Below, in pieces: positions 55,183-64,000 of a stretch of DNA of 64,000 bases. Position 1 is the stretch's first letter. Every line of letters starts with the position of its first letter. The stretch is from an uncultured bacterium (GTDB lineage: Bacteria; Patescibacteriota; Minisyncoccia; Phycocordibacterales; GWA1-40-21), in assembly GCA_903831305.1 (NCBI GenBank), contig CAIKXE010000004.1:9026-73025 (forward strand), read 5' to 3'. The notes beneath the pieces are model-generated. The model was not told the DNA's origin and did no database searches. It saw nothing but the letters and a program-made list of their open reading frames with translations. A program made the position numbers and the translations under genes.

Positions 55183-57150
55183 ATGGAAGAAAAAAAGGTA
55201 AAAAATGATCATTTGGAGGGACTAAACCCCGCCCAAAAAGAGGCCGTTTTACACACAAACGGACCCCTTTTAATCTTTGCCGGGGCGGGAGCAGGCAAAA
55301 CCAAGACCATCACTTGCCGAATAATGCATTTAATCAAGTCTGGGGTAGAGCCCAAGAACATTTTAGCTATTACCTTTACTAATAAAGCGGCCAAAGAGAT
55401 GCGTGACCGAGTATTAACTGCCTTAGAAAAGGAAAGGGGGTTGGCAAATACTCCTTACCATGAAAAACCCTTTATTAGTACTTTTCACTCCCTCGGGGTC
55501 CATATTTTAAAAGAAAACAGCCGAGAGCTCGGTCTCACCAGGAACTTTTCTATTTTTGATAAGAGTGATTCACAAAAAACCGTCCGGGACATTGTCCGAG
55601 ATATGGGTCTGGACCCTAAACAGCATGAACCAAATAAGATTTTGAACATCATTTCTCGGGAAAAAGGTGATTTAAAAAATGCCCAAGACTTTGCGGAGTC
55701 TATCAGTGGGGAAAACCACACCGCGGCTCATGGCTTGATCTCCCAAATCTGGACCGAGTATGAGAAGAGGCTACGAGCAGAAAAAGCTTTAGATTTTGAT
55801 GATTTATTGCTCCAGACATATAAATTATTAAAAAATCACCCTGCCATCTTAGAAAAATATCAGAACTTGTGGCAATACATCCATATAGACGAGTATCAAG
55901 ACACCAACAAAGTGCAATATATGACGGTGAAACTATTGGCGACCAAGCACCAAAACTTGTGCGTGGTGGGGGATATTGACCAGAATATTTACAGCTGGCG
56001 TGGAGCAGATATTAAAAATATTTTAAATTTTGAAAAAGATTATCCTCAAGCCCTGGTAGTACTGCTTGAAGAAAACTATCGTTCCACCCAAAATATTTTA
56101 GCGGTAGCTAATAGCATCATTAAAAAAAATACTAATCGTGTAGAAAAAAATCTATTTACTAAAAATGCTGAGGGAGATAAGGTCTCCCTTTATGCTGGTT
56201 ACAATGAAGCTGAGGAAGCACATTATATTGCTAATAAATGCAAAGAATTAATAGCCACTGGTATCTCGGCGCGGGAGATTGCCGTTTTATATCGGGCCAA
56301 CTTTCAGTCCCGCGCCCTGGAGGATGCCTTCCTAACTAAAAGTGTCCCGTATCAAGTGCTCGGCACAAAATTCTTTGAGAGAAAAGAAGTCAAAGATATC
56401 GTTTCTTTTGTCCGCGCCGGACTCAATCCCGAAAGCATGACAGATATAAAAAGAATCATAAATGTGCCGGCTCGCGGTATCGGCAAGGTCACTATTTTAA
56501 AAATATTTGCTGGCCAAAAAGAGGAGATTCCACTGGCCACCAGACTAAAAGTAGATCAATTTTATAATTTACTAAAAGATATTGGCAAGCTGGCCCACGA
56601 GACCAAACCATCAGAAGTAATCAAATTCATCATCAAGGAAAGTGGCATTGAAAAGGAGCTCCGGGACGGGAATGATGAAGAGAAAGAAAGGCTGGAAAAC
56701 ATGCGTGAATTAGCCACTTTAGCTATAAAATACGACCATTTTCCGCAGGGTGAGGGGATAGAAAAGCTGGTGGAAGAAGCGGCTCTAGCGACAGACCAGG
56801 ACAGCCTAGAAAAAAATGAAAATGCGGTCAAACTGATGACGGTACATGCTTCCAAGGGCCTAGAATTTGATTATGTTTTTATCACCGGACTGGAAGAAGA
56901 TTTGTTTCCGCATCAGCGGATGAACAGTGTAAAAAATAAAGAAGACAGCGAGGAGGAAAGGCGATTATTTTATGTGGCCCTCACTCGAGCGCGCAAGAAA
57001 GTATTTTTAACTTATGCTAATACTCGAACTATTTTTGGCTCGGCCCAAGTAAACACCCCGTCACAATTTATTGGTGATATTGAAGAGAGCTTTATTGAAG
57101 CGGATCAGACATTTGAATATCGGGAGAAAATAATTTATTTGGAGTTGTAG
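55183..57150 (+). CDS. pcrA: ATP-dependent DNA helicase PcrA/UvrD family
   Basis: Walker A AGAGAGKTKTI. The SF1 helicase motifs are VDEYQDTN and YRANFQSR. Confidence 0.85.
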   Translation: MEEKKVKNDHLEGLNPAQKEAVLHTNGPLLIFAGAGAGKTKTITCRIMHLIKSGVEPKNILAITFTNKAAKEMRDRVLTALEKERGLANTPYHEKPFISTFHSLGVHILKENSRELGLTRNFSIFDKSDSQKTVRDIVRDMGLDPKQHEPNKILNIISREKGDLKNAQDFAESISGENHTAAHGLISQIWTEYEKRLRAEKALDFDDLLLQTYKLLKNHPAILEKYQNLWQYIHIDEYQDTNKVQYMTVKLLATKHQNLCVVGDIDQNIYSWRGADIKNILNFEKDYPQALVVLLEENYRSTQNILAVANSIIKKNTNRVEKNLFTKNAEGDKVSLYAGYNEAEEAHYIANKCKELIATGISAREIAVLYRANFQSRALEDAFLTKSVPYQVLGTKFFERKEVKDIVSFVRAGLNPESMTDIKRIINVPARGIGKVTILKIFAGQKEEIPLATRLKVDQFYNLLKDIGKLAHETKPSEVIKFIIKESGIEKELRDGNDEEKERLENMRELATLAIKYDHFPQGEGIEKLVEEAALATDQDSLEKNENAVKLMTVHASKGLEFDYVFITGLEEDLFPHQRMNSVKNKEDSEEERRLFYVALTRARKKVFLTYANTRTIFGSAQVNTPSQFIGDIEESFIEADQTFEYREKIIYLEL

Positions 57151-57197
57151 GGTAGCTTTTTTCTCTCTAGATTGGTAGGATTAGAACGTCTCGGCTA

Positions 57198-57290
57198 GGA
57201 TAACATAATTTTGGAGTGCGCATAATTTTCTGCTGAAAATTTGCTCTCTCTCGGCTACCCGCCTGTGAAGCCTCCAAAATCATATTATCC
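57198..57290 (+). repeat. Family B conserved structured element, copy 3
   Basis: ctaggataacat | aattttggagtgcgcataattttctgctgaaaatttgctctctctcggctacccgcctgtgaagcctccaaaatcat | attatcctag. It lies between pcrA and rsmA. The outer flank is a copy-specific palindrome. Confidence 0.75.
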
Positions 57291-57307
57291 TAGCTGATAC
57301 TTAAAAC

Positions 57308-58150
57308 ATGGAAAATATAATTGCAAAAAAATCACTTGGCCAGAACTTTTTGAAATCCAAAACAGCTTTATTAAAAATGATTGAGGCCGGAGAAATAAAT
57401 AATGAGGATACGGTGCTTGAAGTGGGCCCGGGGAAGGGGGTGCTGACCGAGAAACTACTAGAAAAAGCCAAGAAGGTGATTGCGGTGGAAAAAGATGACC
57501 GCCTGATTTCTTTTTTACAAGAAAAGTTTGCCACGGAAATTTCTGCTGGTAAATTGCAAATCATTCATGATGATATTTTAAATTTTGATTTAAAACGCAA
57601 CCTCACCCCAGCACTCTCCTTAACTAATGAGAGGGAGAAGAGGTACAAAATAATCGCTAATATCCCTTATTACATCACCGGACAATTCTTGCGTCAGTTT
57701 TTAGAAACGGATAATCAGCCGGAGCGGATAGTGGTGATGGTCCAAAAGGAGATCGCCCAGCGCATCATTGCTAACAACCCGACCAAGGCGGGGGAAAAGA
57801 AGGAGAGCTTGCTGTCAATGAGTGTGAAGGCTTTTGGGACGCCTAAAATGATCATGAAAGTGGATAAAGAGAACTTTTCCCCCGCCCCCAAGGTAGATTC
57901 TGCTATTCTCCTAATTTCTGGCATTTCTAAAGGCTTTTTCACGGATAACCAGATAACGGAGAAGGACTTTTTTGCCACCATCCACGCTGGTTTTGCCCAC
58001 AAAAGAAAGATACTAGCGAGTAATCTAAAATCCGTGTTTCCTGGTGTTGATTGGGCTGAGCGGATGGAGAAGGCGGGATTAAATATAAAAGTGCGAGCGG
58101 AGGACCTCTCCCTAGTGGACTGGATGAAACTCATTTCCATTGTAATCTAA
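57308..58150 (+). CDS. rsmA: 16S rRNA (adenine1518/1519-N6)-dimethyltransferase
   Basis: SLGQNFL, VLEVGPGKGVLTE and IANIPYYIT are the KsgA/Dim1 motifs. Confidence 0.85.
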   Translation: MENIIAKKSLGQNFLKSKTALLKMIEAGEINNEDTVLEVGPGKGVLTEKLLEKAKKVIAVEKDDRLISFLQEKFATEISAGKLQIIHDDILNFDLKRNLTPALSLTNEREKRYKIIANIPYYITGQFLRQFLETDNQPERIVVMVQKEIAQRIIANNPTKAGEKKESLLSMSVKAFGTPKMIMKVDKENFSPAPKVDSAILLISGISKGFFTDNQITEKDFFATIHAGFAHKRKILASNLKSVFPGVDWAERMEKAGLNIKVRAEDLSLVDWMKLISIVI

Positions 58151-58178
58151 AAGCATAAATGTTATTATTCAGTGAGTT

Positions 58179-59207
58179 ATGAACAAATTTTTGCCATCGG
58201 GAAAATTTTTGCTTGTTCTCTTTTCCATTATTTTAGCCTTGGGACTTGTTTTAGGCACACCAGTTCTCTCTCGCTATTATAAAAACCAAAAAATAGTCGT
58301 CACTAACCCCCAAACAAGCAATCAAATCTCTGTCAAAGAATTTATGGCTGTTGATTCTGACCAGGACGGCCTTTTGGACTGGGAAGAAGCCCTCTGGAAA
58401 ACAGACCCCCAAAGAGTAGACACTGACGGGGACGGGACACCTGACGGGGAAGAGACTAACCTCAACCGCAACCCCATCATAACCAATACCGCCCAAAAAA
58501 ACCAAACCCCTAATGATCAAATAGATGAGAAAATAATCACTGACGCTAAACAAGCCCAGGAAGAATACGACAAGCTGACTGATACAGAAAAGTTTTCCCG
58601 CGAGCTTTTTTCTCAATACGTGATTGCTAAAAATAACAACGGCGGAAAAGCCTTAGATAATACCGCTAAAATGGAAGTGCTGAACACTGTAATTGACAAA
58701 ACGGTAGCTACTATAATCACCAAATATTCTATTTCTGATATTAAAAACACCGTGGAGATGACTGACACTAATTTAAAAGATTATGGTAACAAGCTGGGAG
58801 AAATCCTCATGCAATACTCCACTAACGGCGCCGGTGATGAATTACTTTATATTCAAGAGGCCATAACCAAAGAGGATGAAACCCTGCTTAAGCCACTTGT
58901 CCCTATCATCACGAATTACACCAATATGCTTGTGAGCTTTATCCTGATGCCGGTGCCAAAGGATTTGTTGGATATCCACATCAAGATAGTAAATAATTTT
59001 TATAATGTTATAATTAGCTTAGAAAATATTAAGAGTTTCTTTGTTGACCCGATAAACGGCGTCACGAGCCTGCAAACGTATCAAGCTTCCTTTGCTGACC
59101 TTTTTAAAAACATTGAAATACTGAGAATAAAGATGCTAGAAAAAAATATAATTTTTGGAGTAAATGACCCGGGTTATGTTTTTATTAATGTTTCACAACA
59201 ACAATGA
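58179..59207 (+). CDS. Membrane-anchored/secreted protein with thrombospondin-type-3-like Ca-binding Asp repeats, hypothetical
   Basis: N-terminal TM/signal segment. DSDQDGLLDWEE and DTDGDGTPDGEE are D.D.DG..D-type repeats. Confidence 0.45.
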   Translation: MNKFLPSGKFLLVLFSIILALGLVLGTPVLSRYYKNQKIVVTNPQTSNQISVKEFMAVDSDQDGLLDWEEALWKTDPQRVDTDGDGTPDGEETNLNRNPIITNTAQKNQTPNDQIDEKIITDAKQAQEEYDKLTDTEKFSRELFSQYVIAKNNNGGKALDNTAKMEVLNTVIDKTVATIITKYSISDIKNTVEMTDTNLKDYGNKLGEILMQYSTNGAGDELLYIQEAITKEDETLLKPLVPIITNYTNMLVSFILMPVPKDLLDIHIKIVNNFYNVIISLENIKSFFVDPINGVTSLQTYQASFADLFKNIEILRIKMLEKNIIFGVNDPGYVFINVSQQQ

Positions 59208-60916
59208 TGAAATCATTTTTTAAAAAAAATATTTGCGCTTTGCTAATAGTTTCTATTATCCTTCCAACGGTCTTTTTTTCTCAGCCCCCAAAGGCCCAAG
59301 CGGTATATCCAGTGACTGATGCCCTCAACTTGGTCCGTAATATCTATACGGGGACCATGACCGCCCTGACAAAGGCTAGTGTTTTTATTTCCGCCCATAA
59401 GGAAACAGTCCTGGACCCCCTTGCTTATGCGGCTGCTCGTATGGTTATCCACCAGTTAACCCAGAGCATAGTGCAGTGGATAAACAACGGTTTTGAAGGC
59501 AGTCCGTCATTTATCCAAGACCCCGGGCGTTTTCTCACAGATACTGCTGATCAAGCTATCGGGGAATTCATTTTTGGCTCAGATTTAGCCTTTCTCTGTG
59601 ACCCTTTTGGCGATGGACAATTTAAACTAAATATCCAGCTCGCCCTCGGCCTTTCATACTCTACGACTCGTCACAAAATAAACTGTACTCTGTCTGATGT
59701 TTTAAAAAACACTAAGGATGCTTATAAAAAGTTTACCAACGGGGACTTTATAGCTGGTGGCGGCTGGGATAGCTGGATATCTGTATCAGCCAATCCCCAA
59801 AACAACGAGCTCGGAGCTATGGTTATAGCTAGCGCGGAAATGGAAGCAAAAATTGACGCTAATAAAGCCCAGGCTAGTATGGAAGCCGGCTGGGGTACGG
59901 GTACTTTATCAATGAAACAATGCAGAGAAACTGTGGTAAACAATCAAGGGGTGCTTGTCAGGGAAGTTTCAAAGTTTGACGGTAACCCAGCAACTCATTC
60001 CTCTACCGACCTGTCAACGGATGATATGGCCCTAGGTTATAGCACCAAGGTGACCTGTAGCACCGTCACCCCCGGCAGTTTGATCAATCAACAGATGGAA
60101 GAGGTAGTTGGTTCTGATTTAAAACAATTACAATTAGCTGATGAATTTAATGAGATTGTGGGAGCACTGGCAAACTTTATGATTAGTAAAGTGGCAAAAA
60201 AGGATGGAGGAGGCCTGCTAGGTGCGGGAGCTCAGGGGGATACAGCAGATAATAAATTTGACAGCCAGATGGCTGGTCTGACTGACGCTTATAACAGTGC
60301 CAACCAAGGCTTGAACCTCGCAGACACAATACTCGCTGCTCAGATAGCCAGCAGTACTATGTCAAACTCCCAAAAGATTGTCGCTGAACAAATAATCCTG
60401 GAACAAAAATACCAGGCCAACTTAGAGATGATTCTGACGAACCTCTACTATGACCCAGCTTCTGCCTACAACCTCTTTGAAAACATCGCCATCCCCACCT
60501 GTAACCCAGAAGCCACTGTGGTGCTTGACCTGATTGACGGTACCACCCCATATGATACCACCGACCCGGACCGCCTGGGCCCGCTTGAAAATCTAACTGT
60601 ACCGGCTTTAGAGGCAAAAAGTGAAGTTGCCACCCAAAATTTGACCGCCTTGGGGACTTTGTTTGAAGAAATCAAAACCAAAACCTCTACCGAGGCCCTG
60701 TTTGTGATCCGAGCTAATGACTTGATCAATACTCCTAGTATGCACCACCAGTCTGACGTTGATTCCTTTAGCCGCCAAGCCACCAACAATTCCAAATATA
60801 CAGCTATTAAAAACTGGCTAAATGATATGAAGATCAAATATGAAGGAGGTGCTTCTGGCCCACGTGGTACAAAGACCTGCAGGATAGATCTTAGCGCTTT
60901 ATGGCCGATTCGTTAA
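59204..60916 (+). CDS. Secreted hypothetical protein (signal peptide), possibly a T4SS-like module component
   Basis: MMKSFFKKNICALLIVSIILPTVFFSQPPKAQA is a signal peptide. At 570 aa it immediately precedes the VirB6/TrbL-like gene, and its start overlaps the upstream stop by 4 nt. Confidence 0.45.
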   Translation: MMKSFFKKNICALLIVSIILPTVFFSQPPKAQAVYPVTDALNLVRNIYTGTMTALTKASVFISAHKETVLDPLAYAAARMVIHQLTQSIVQWINNGFEGSPSFIQDPGRFLTDTADQAIGEFIFGSDLAFLCDPFGDGQFKLNIQLALGLSYSTTRHKINCTLSDVLKNTKDAYKKFTNGDFIAGGGWDSWISVSANPQNNELGAMVIASAEMEAKIDANKAQASMEAGWGTGTLSMKQCRETVVNNQGVLVREVSKFDGNPATHSSTDLSTDDMALGYSTKVTCSTVTPGSLINQQMEEVVGSDLKQLQLADEFNEIVGALANFMISKVAKKDGGGLLGAGAQGDTADNKFDSQMAGLTDAYNSANQGLNLADTILAAQIASSTMSNSQKIVAEQIILEQKYQANLEMILTNLYYDPASAYNLFENIAIPTCNPEATVVLDLIDGTTPYDTTDPDRLGPLENLTVPALEAKSEVATQNLTALGTLFEEIKTKTSTEALFVIRANDLINTPSMHHQSDVDSFSRQATNNSKYTAIKNWLNDMKIKYEGGASGPRGTKTCRIDLSALWPIR

Positions 60917-60982
60917 TCATTAGTGGATTATAAAGTTTTTTTAGGGTAAAATATGATTAGTTAATTAAGTTTAGACAGGTAA

Positions 60983-63094
60983 ATGAAGAAAAATTCTTCA
61001 AAAATTATTATTTTATTTTTACTCACCATCTTTTTATGGAGTGGGGTGAATTTTAGTTTTCAAAAAAAGGAGTTTATTGTTACAACAGAGAAGGCATATG
61101 GACTAGTTATTCCCGGCGAACAGCCGGTAGTACCAACCGTTACCCCGACTACTGGGTCAACAGATGCCACGAATTGTAATACCCAGAAAGCAGCCTGGCA
61201 AGCAAACCCCAACAATGGTAATCTGAATAAGGCATATACAGATTGTTTAAAGGCAACCATGCAAATGGCAGCAGCAGAGAGCGCAGCAGGACAAATGTAT
61301 GATAATATTTTAACAGCGGCAATAAAGGGTCTTGATATTGCCGAGATGCTATCAGAGAGTGTTTTAAAAACAGTACTCACGGTTATTGCTTCAATATATC
61401 AATTTGCAATAATTCCGCTACTGGGCGTCCTGGTAAGGATAGCGGCTGGCTGCCTAGACCTAGCCCTTAGATTCACCCTAGATTCAAAAAATATTACTAA
61501 TATTGATGGCGCTATCCAGCAAACCTGGATGATTATCCGAAATATTTTTAATATTACCTTCATCTTTATTTTGCTTTATACCGCTATCAGAACCATCTTG
61601 GGTACGGCCGGGACCGATACTAAGAAAATGATTGCTAATGTGGTCATTGCCGCTCTGCTTATAAACTTCAGTTTATTTATCACCAGAATACTTATTGATG
61701 CTGGAAACGTTTTGGCAGCCGCCTTATACAATGCCGCCACCAGTAATGGGGCCTCTTTTTCCGAGTCTCTCGTTACCGCTCTAGGAATAAGCGCTTTATG
61801 GGGTAAGACGGGAGTTACTTGTTTGGTTTGTGTACCATTCTTTGTTGCCACTGCTATACAGACCATAGTTTTATTAAGTTCGTTCATAATTTTAATATAT
61901 GTGACCCTCCTTATGGTGGCCAGAACAGTGGTATTGATCTTCCTGATGGCTATATCACCTGTTGGTTTTATGGGGGACATACTGCCTCAAGTCAAAGAAT
62001 ACAGTAAAAAGTGGCGGGAAAATCTCTTTGGTCAGATCTTTATTGCCCCAGTTTTCCTTCTATTTTATTATTTGATAGTTAATATTAGCGGAACATTCAC
62101 CGCCACCGGCGTCAGCCTTACTGATGATACAAAAAACTATGCTGGTATTTTTAAGTTTATAATAATCCTTGTTCTCCTTTTTGCCGCCGTTAAAATAACC
62201 AAAAAGATGGCCGGGGAGGTTGGCGGTTTTGTAGAGAAAGCCGGGATGCTAGCGGCCGGAGCGGCTATTGGCTATGCCACCGGTGGTGCATCAATGCTAT
62301 TGAAGGGAACTGTCGGTAGGGTAGCTGCTAAAGCCGCTGCAAGCAATAGTCTAGTAGACGCTGCAGATGGAAAAGGTATCCGTGGTTTTGCTTCTCGTAT
62401 GACGCTCAAGGGAGCTACTGCCGCTTCTAAAGCAAGCTTTGATATTAGAAATACTGAGTCATTCAAAAAGGGCACGGGCTTTGTTGGGGATAATACTGGA
62501 GTTAAGGTTGATTACAATACCGGCCGAGCAGCTCAAAAGGGAGGCTATGCTGACATAATTGAAAAGAGGAAGAAGGAAGAGGAAGCAAAAGCTAAAGCAA
62601 TAGCAAATACCGATAACTTAAAGGTTGATCATTGGTCAATTGAACAAGAAAAAGTTGATGCAGAAATCGAAAAAAGAAAAGCGGAGGCAGCAACAAACAA
62701 TGCAATCCTAGTTAATGAAATACAAGCCAAGAAAGATAAGTTACAGGCAGAGGCTCTAACCCTGACACCAAAAGAAAAACAAAAAATAGAAAAAGAGATC
62801 GATGACCATCAAGAAGTAATAGAAAGAAATCAAAAGTTAACGAAGGCTGACCTGTCCGAGGAAGAAAAAATGAAACTAGAGGAAGATATTAGGAAGGATA
62901 TGGCAAAAGCCCAAACAATAGCTAACGCAAACAGTAGAGTAAAAGCGATTGCGTCAAATGGTACAACCGCAAACAAAAGAGCCGCGGCGGTGGTCAGAGG
63001 CTTTATTAAAGCAATCAATAGGGAAAAAACTGATGCAGAAAAGCAAACTGACCTCCTTGAGGAAATAAAAAGGAATTCTAAGACAACAACATAA
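60983..63094 (+). CDS. VirB6/TrbL-like polytopic membrane protein with a long charged C-terminal tail (type IV secretion-like)
   Basis: N-terminal signal peptide, an extracytoplasmic domain of about 100 aa, five or more TM helices with TrbL-like spacing, and a Lys/Glu-rich coiled-coil tail of about 200 aa. A PrgI-like gene follows. Confidence 0.45.
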   Translation: MKKNSSKIIILFLLTIFLWSGVNFSFQKKEFIVTTEKAYGLVIPGEQPVVPTVTPTTGSTDATNCNTQKAAWQANPNNGNLNKAYTDCLKATMQMAAAESAAGQMYDNILTAAIKGLDIAEMLSESVLKTVLTVIASIYQFAIIPLLGVLVRIAAGCLDLALRFTLDSKNITNIDGAIQQTWMIIRNIFNITFIFILLYTAIRTILGTAGTDTKKMIANVVIAALLINFSLFITRILIDAGNVLAAALYNAATSNGASFSESLVTALGISALWGKTGVTCLVCVPFFVATAIQTIVLLSSFIILIYVTLLMVARTVVLIFLMAISPVGFMGDILPQVKEYSKKWRENLFGQIFIAPVFLLFYYLIVNISGTFTATGVSLTDDTKNYAGIFKFIIILVLLFAAVKITKKMAGEVGGFVEKAGMLAAGAAIGYATGGASMLLKGTVGRVAAKAAASNSLVDAADGKGIRGFASRMTLKGATAASKASFDIRNTESFKKGTGFVGDNTGVKVDYNTGRAAQKGGYADIIEKRKKEEEAKAKAIANTDNLKVDHWSIEQEKVDAEIEKRKAEAATNNAILVNEIQAKKDKLQAEALTLTPKEKQKIEKEIDDHQEVIERNQKLTKADLSEEEKMKLEEDIRKDMAKAQTIANANSRVKAIASNGTTANKRAAAVVRGFIKAINREKTDAEKQTDLLEEIKRNSKTTT

Positions 63095-63099
63095 TTAGT

Positions 63100-63843
63100 A
63101 TGGGTGAAGAAACACAAAAAATAATAGCCGAGCAGATGAAAAAGCTACCGAATGAAGTTCGTGAGGCTATTCTTTCTATTGATTATGAAATAAAACTCCA
63201 AGAAATATACAAGAGACAAAGGTTGCTTATAGATCAGGCCCAAAAACTGGAAACAGAGACCTCCTTGGTACTGCTCGGCCTAGAACCAATCTCAGATTAT
63301 ATTAGTAATCTAGAAAAAAATCTGAACATCACGCCTGATAAGGCCCAGGAAGTAGCACTAGATGTAGATGAAAATATCTTTAAAAAAGTGCGCACCTCTC
63401 TACAAAAAATAGACGAGGATATGCTGGCCGCTGACTATTTTGGTACACCGGAAGAGGAATATTCAAAGGAACCACCCGTTACCAAATTTACTAATACCAA
63501 TGAGGCTATGCTGAACCGAGACCAGATATTGAAAGAGATTGAAGACCCATCAGTGACTGAAGGAGGGGAAGAGGTTGTAAAAGCAGAAAAGGAGACTCCG
63601 ACAAAAACCTCCACCGCACTTGAAGTACGCCCCGCCCAAGAGCTTGAAACTCTGCCTGGGGAAGGAGTAAAAGATATCACCCCAAGTGCTAATCTGACTA
63701 CAGATATCCTCCAAGCCAAGATGAGCAGTCCCACTATTATTTCCAAGCAGGCCGTAGAAGTAAGACCGAGTGCAAGGCTTCCTGAAATTGAAAAAATAAA
63801 AACATATAAAGGAGTAGACCCTTATCGAGAACCCATAATATAA
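63100..63843 (+). CDS. Acidic hypothetical protein
   Basis: 247 aa, Glu/Asp-rich with no TM. It is tightly packed between the TrbL-like and PrgI-like genes. Confidence 0.4.
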   Translation: MGEETQKIIAEQMKKLPNEVREAILSIDYEIKLQEIYKRQRLLIDQAQKLETETSLVLLGLEPISDYISNLEKNLNITPDKAQEVALDVDENIFKKVRTSLQKIDEDMLAADYFGTPEEEYSKEPPVTKFTNTNEAMLNRDQILKEIEDPSVTEGGEEVVKAEKETPTKTSTALEVRPAQELETLPGEGVKDITPSANLTTDILQAKMSSPTIISKQAVEVRPSARLPEIEKIKTYKGVDPYREPII

Positions 63844-64000
63844 TGCGCTTTCAAGTACCACAATTTATTGAAATAGAAGATAAAATATTTGGTCCCTTGA
63901 CCATCAAGCAGTTTATTTATATTGCCGGTGGGGCAGGGTTATCCTTTATAATATATCGCTTTTTACCATTATTTTTAGTTATTCCTTTGGTTATAGTTGT
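63844..64000 (+). CDS. PrgI-family (VirB3-analogous) small membrane protein, partial (runs off the window end)
   Basis: MRFQVPQFIEIEDKIFGPLTIKQFIYIAGGAGLSFIIYRF... matches the PrgI N-terminal pattern (VP..l..e.ki.fG.lt.rQ) followed by a TM helix. The ATG directly abuts the upstream stop. Confidence 0.45.

Noticed and set aside
1-64000. CRISPR array or alternative genetic code (UGA recoding)
   Set aside because: There are no regularly spaced short direct repeats with unique spacers. All the repeat families above lack spacer-like periodicity. Known housekeeping genes are intact under the standard code, with TAA/TAG/TGA stops at expected positions.

Overview
The window is AT-rich (about 40% GC) with standard-code ORFs and compact housekeeping genes. 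Some features suggest a reduced-genome, CPR/Patescibacteria-like bacterium: trigger factor apparently without a PPIase domain, an H+-pyrophosphatase, giant surface proteins, and pilin-fused adhesins.

Gene content, in order:
- rnhA (partial), recJ, a HIT-family gene, capA-like, tpiA.
- A type IV pilus / T2SS-like locus: pilB, pilC, minor pilins, and four pilin-leader proteins fused to large C-terminal adhesin domains (Cys-rich, FISUMP, LamG).
- A 3024-aa surface protein immediately upstream of pilBC.
- nusA, hppA, tig, rsmE, clpP, rny, hup.
- Four tRNAs: Gly-UCC, Pro-UGG, Gly-GCC, Arg-UCG.
- cca, xthA, a Xer-like recombinase, rpsO, a NYN RNase, pnp, a dksA-like gene, comM, a LysM-M23 peptidase, pcrA/uvrD, rsmA.
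- At the 3' edge, a type IV secretion-like module: a VirB6/TrbL-like polytopic protein followed by a PrgI-like protein.

The most unusual content is non-coding:
- Five families of short conserved intergenic elements (A to E). Each has a conserved core embedded in copy-specific self-complementary flanks, or in terminator-like hairpins.
- A mosaic, cassette-like segment at 41.8-44.5 kb. Three small ORFs of very different GC content, one about 63% GC, are each followed by the same structured element of about 95 nt.
- Near-identical tandem repeats of about 520 bp inside the giant gene.

Coordinates for features I derived by eye (tRNAs, hairpins, repeats) are accurate to about ±5 nt.
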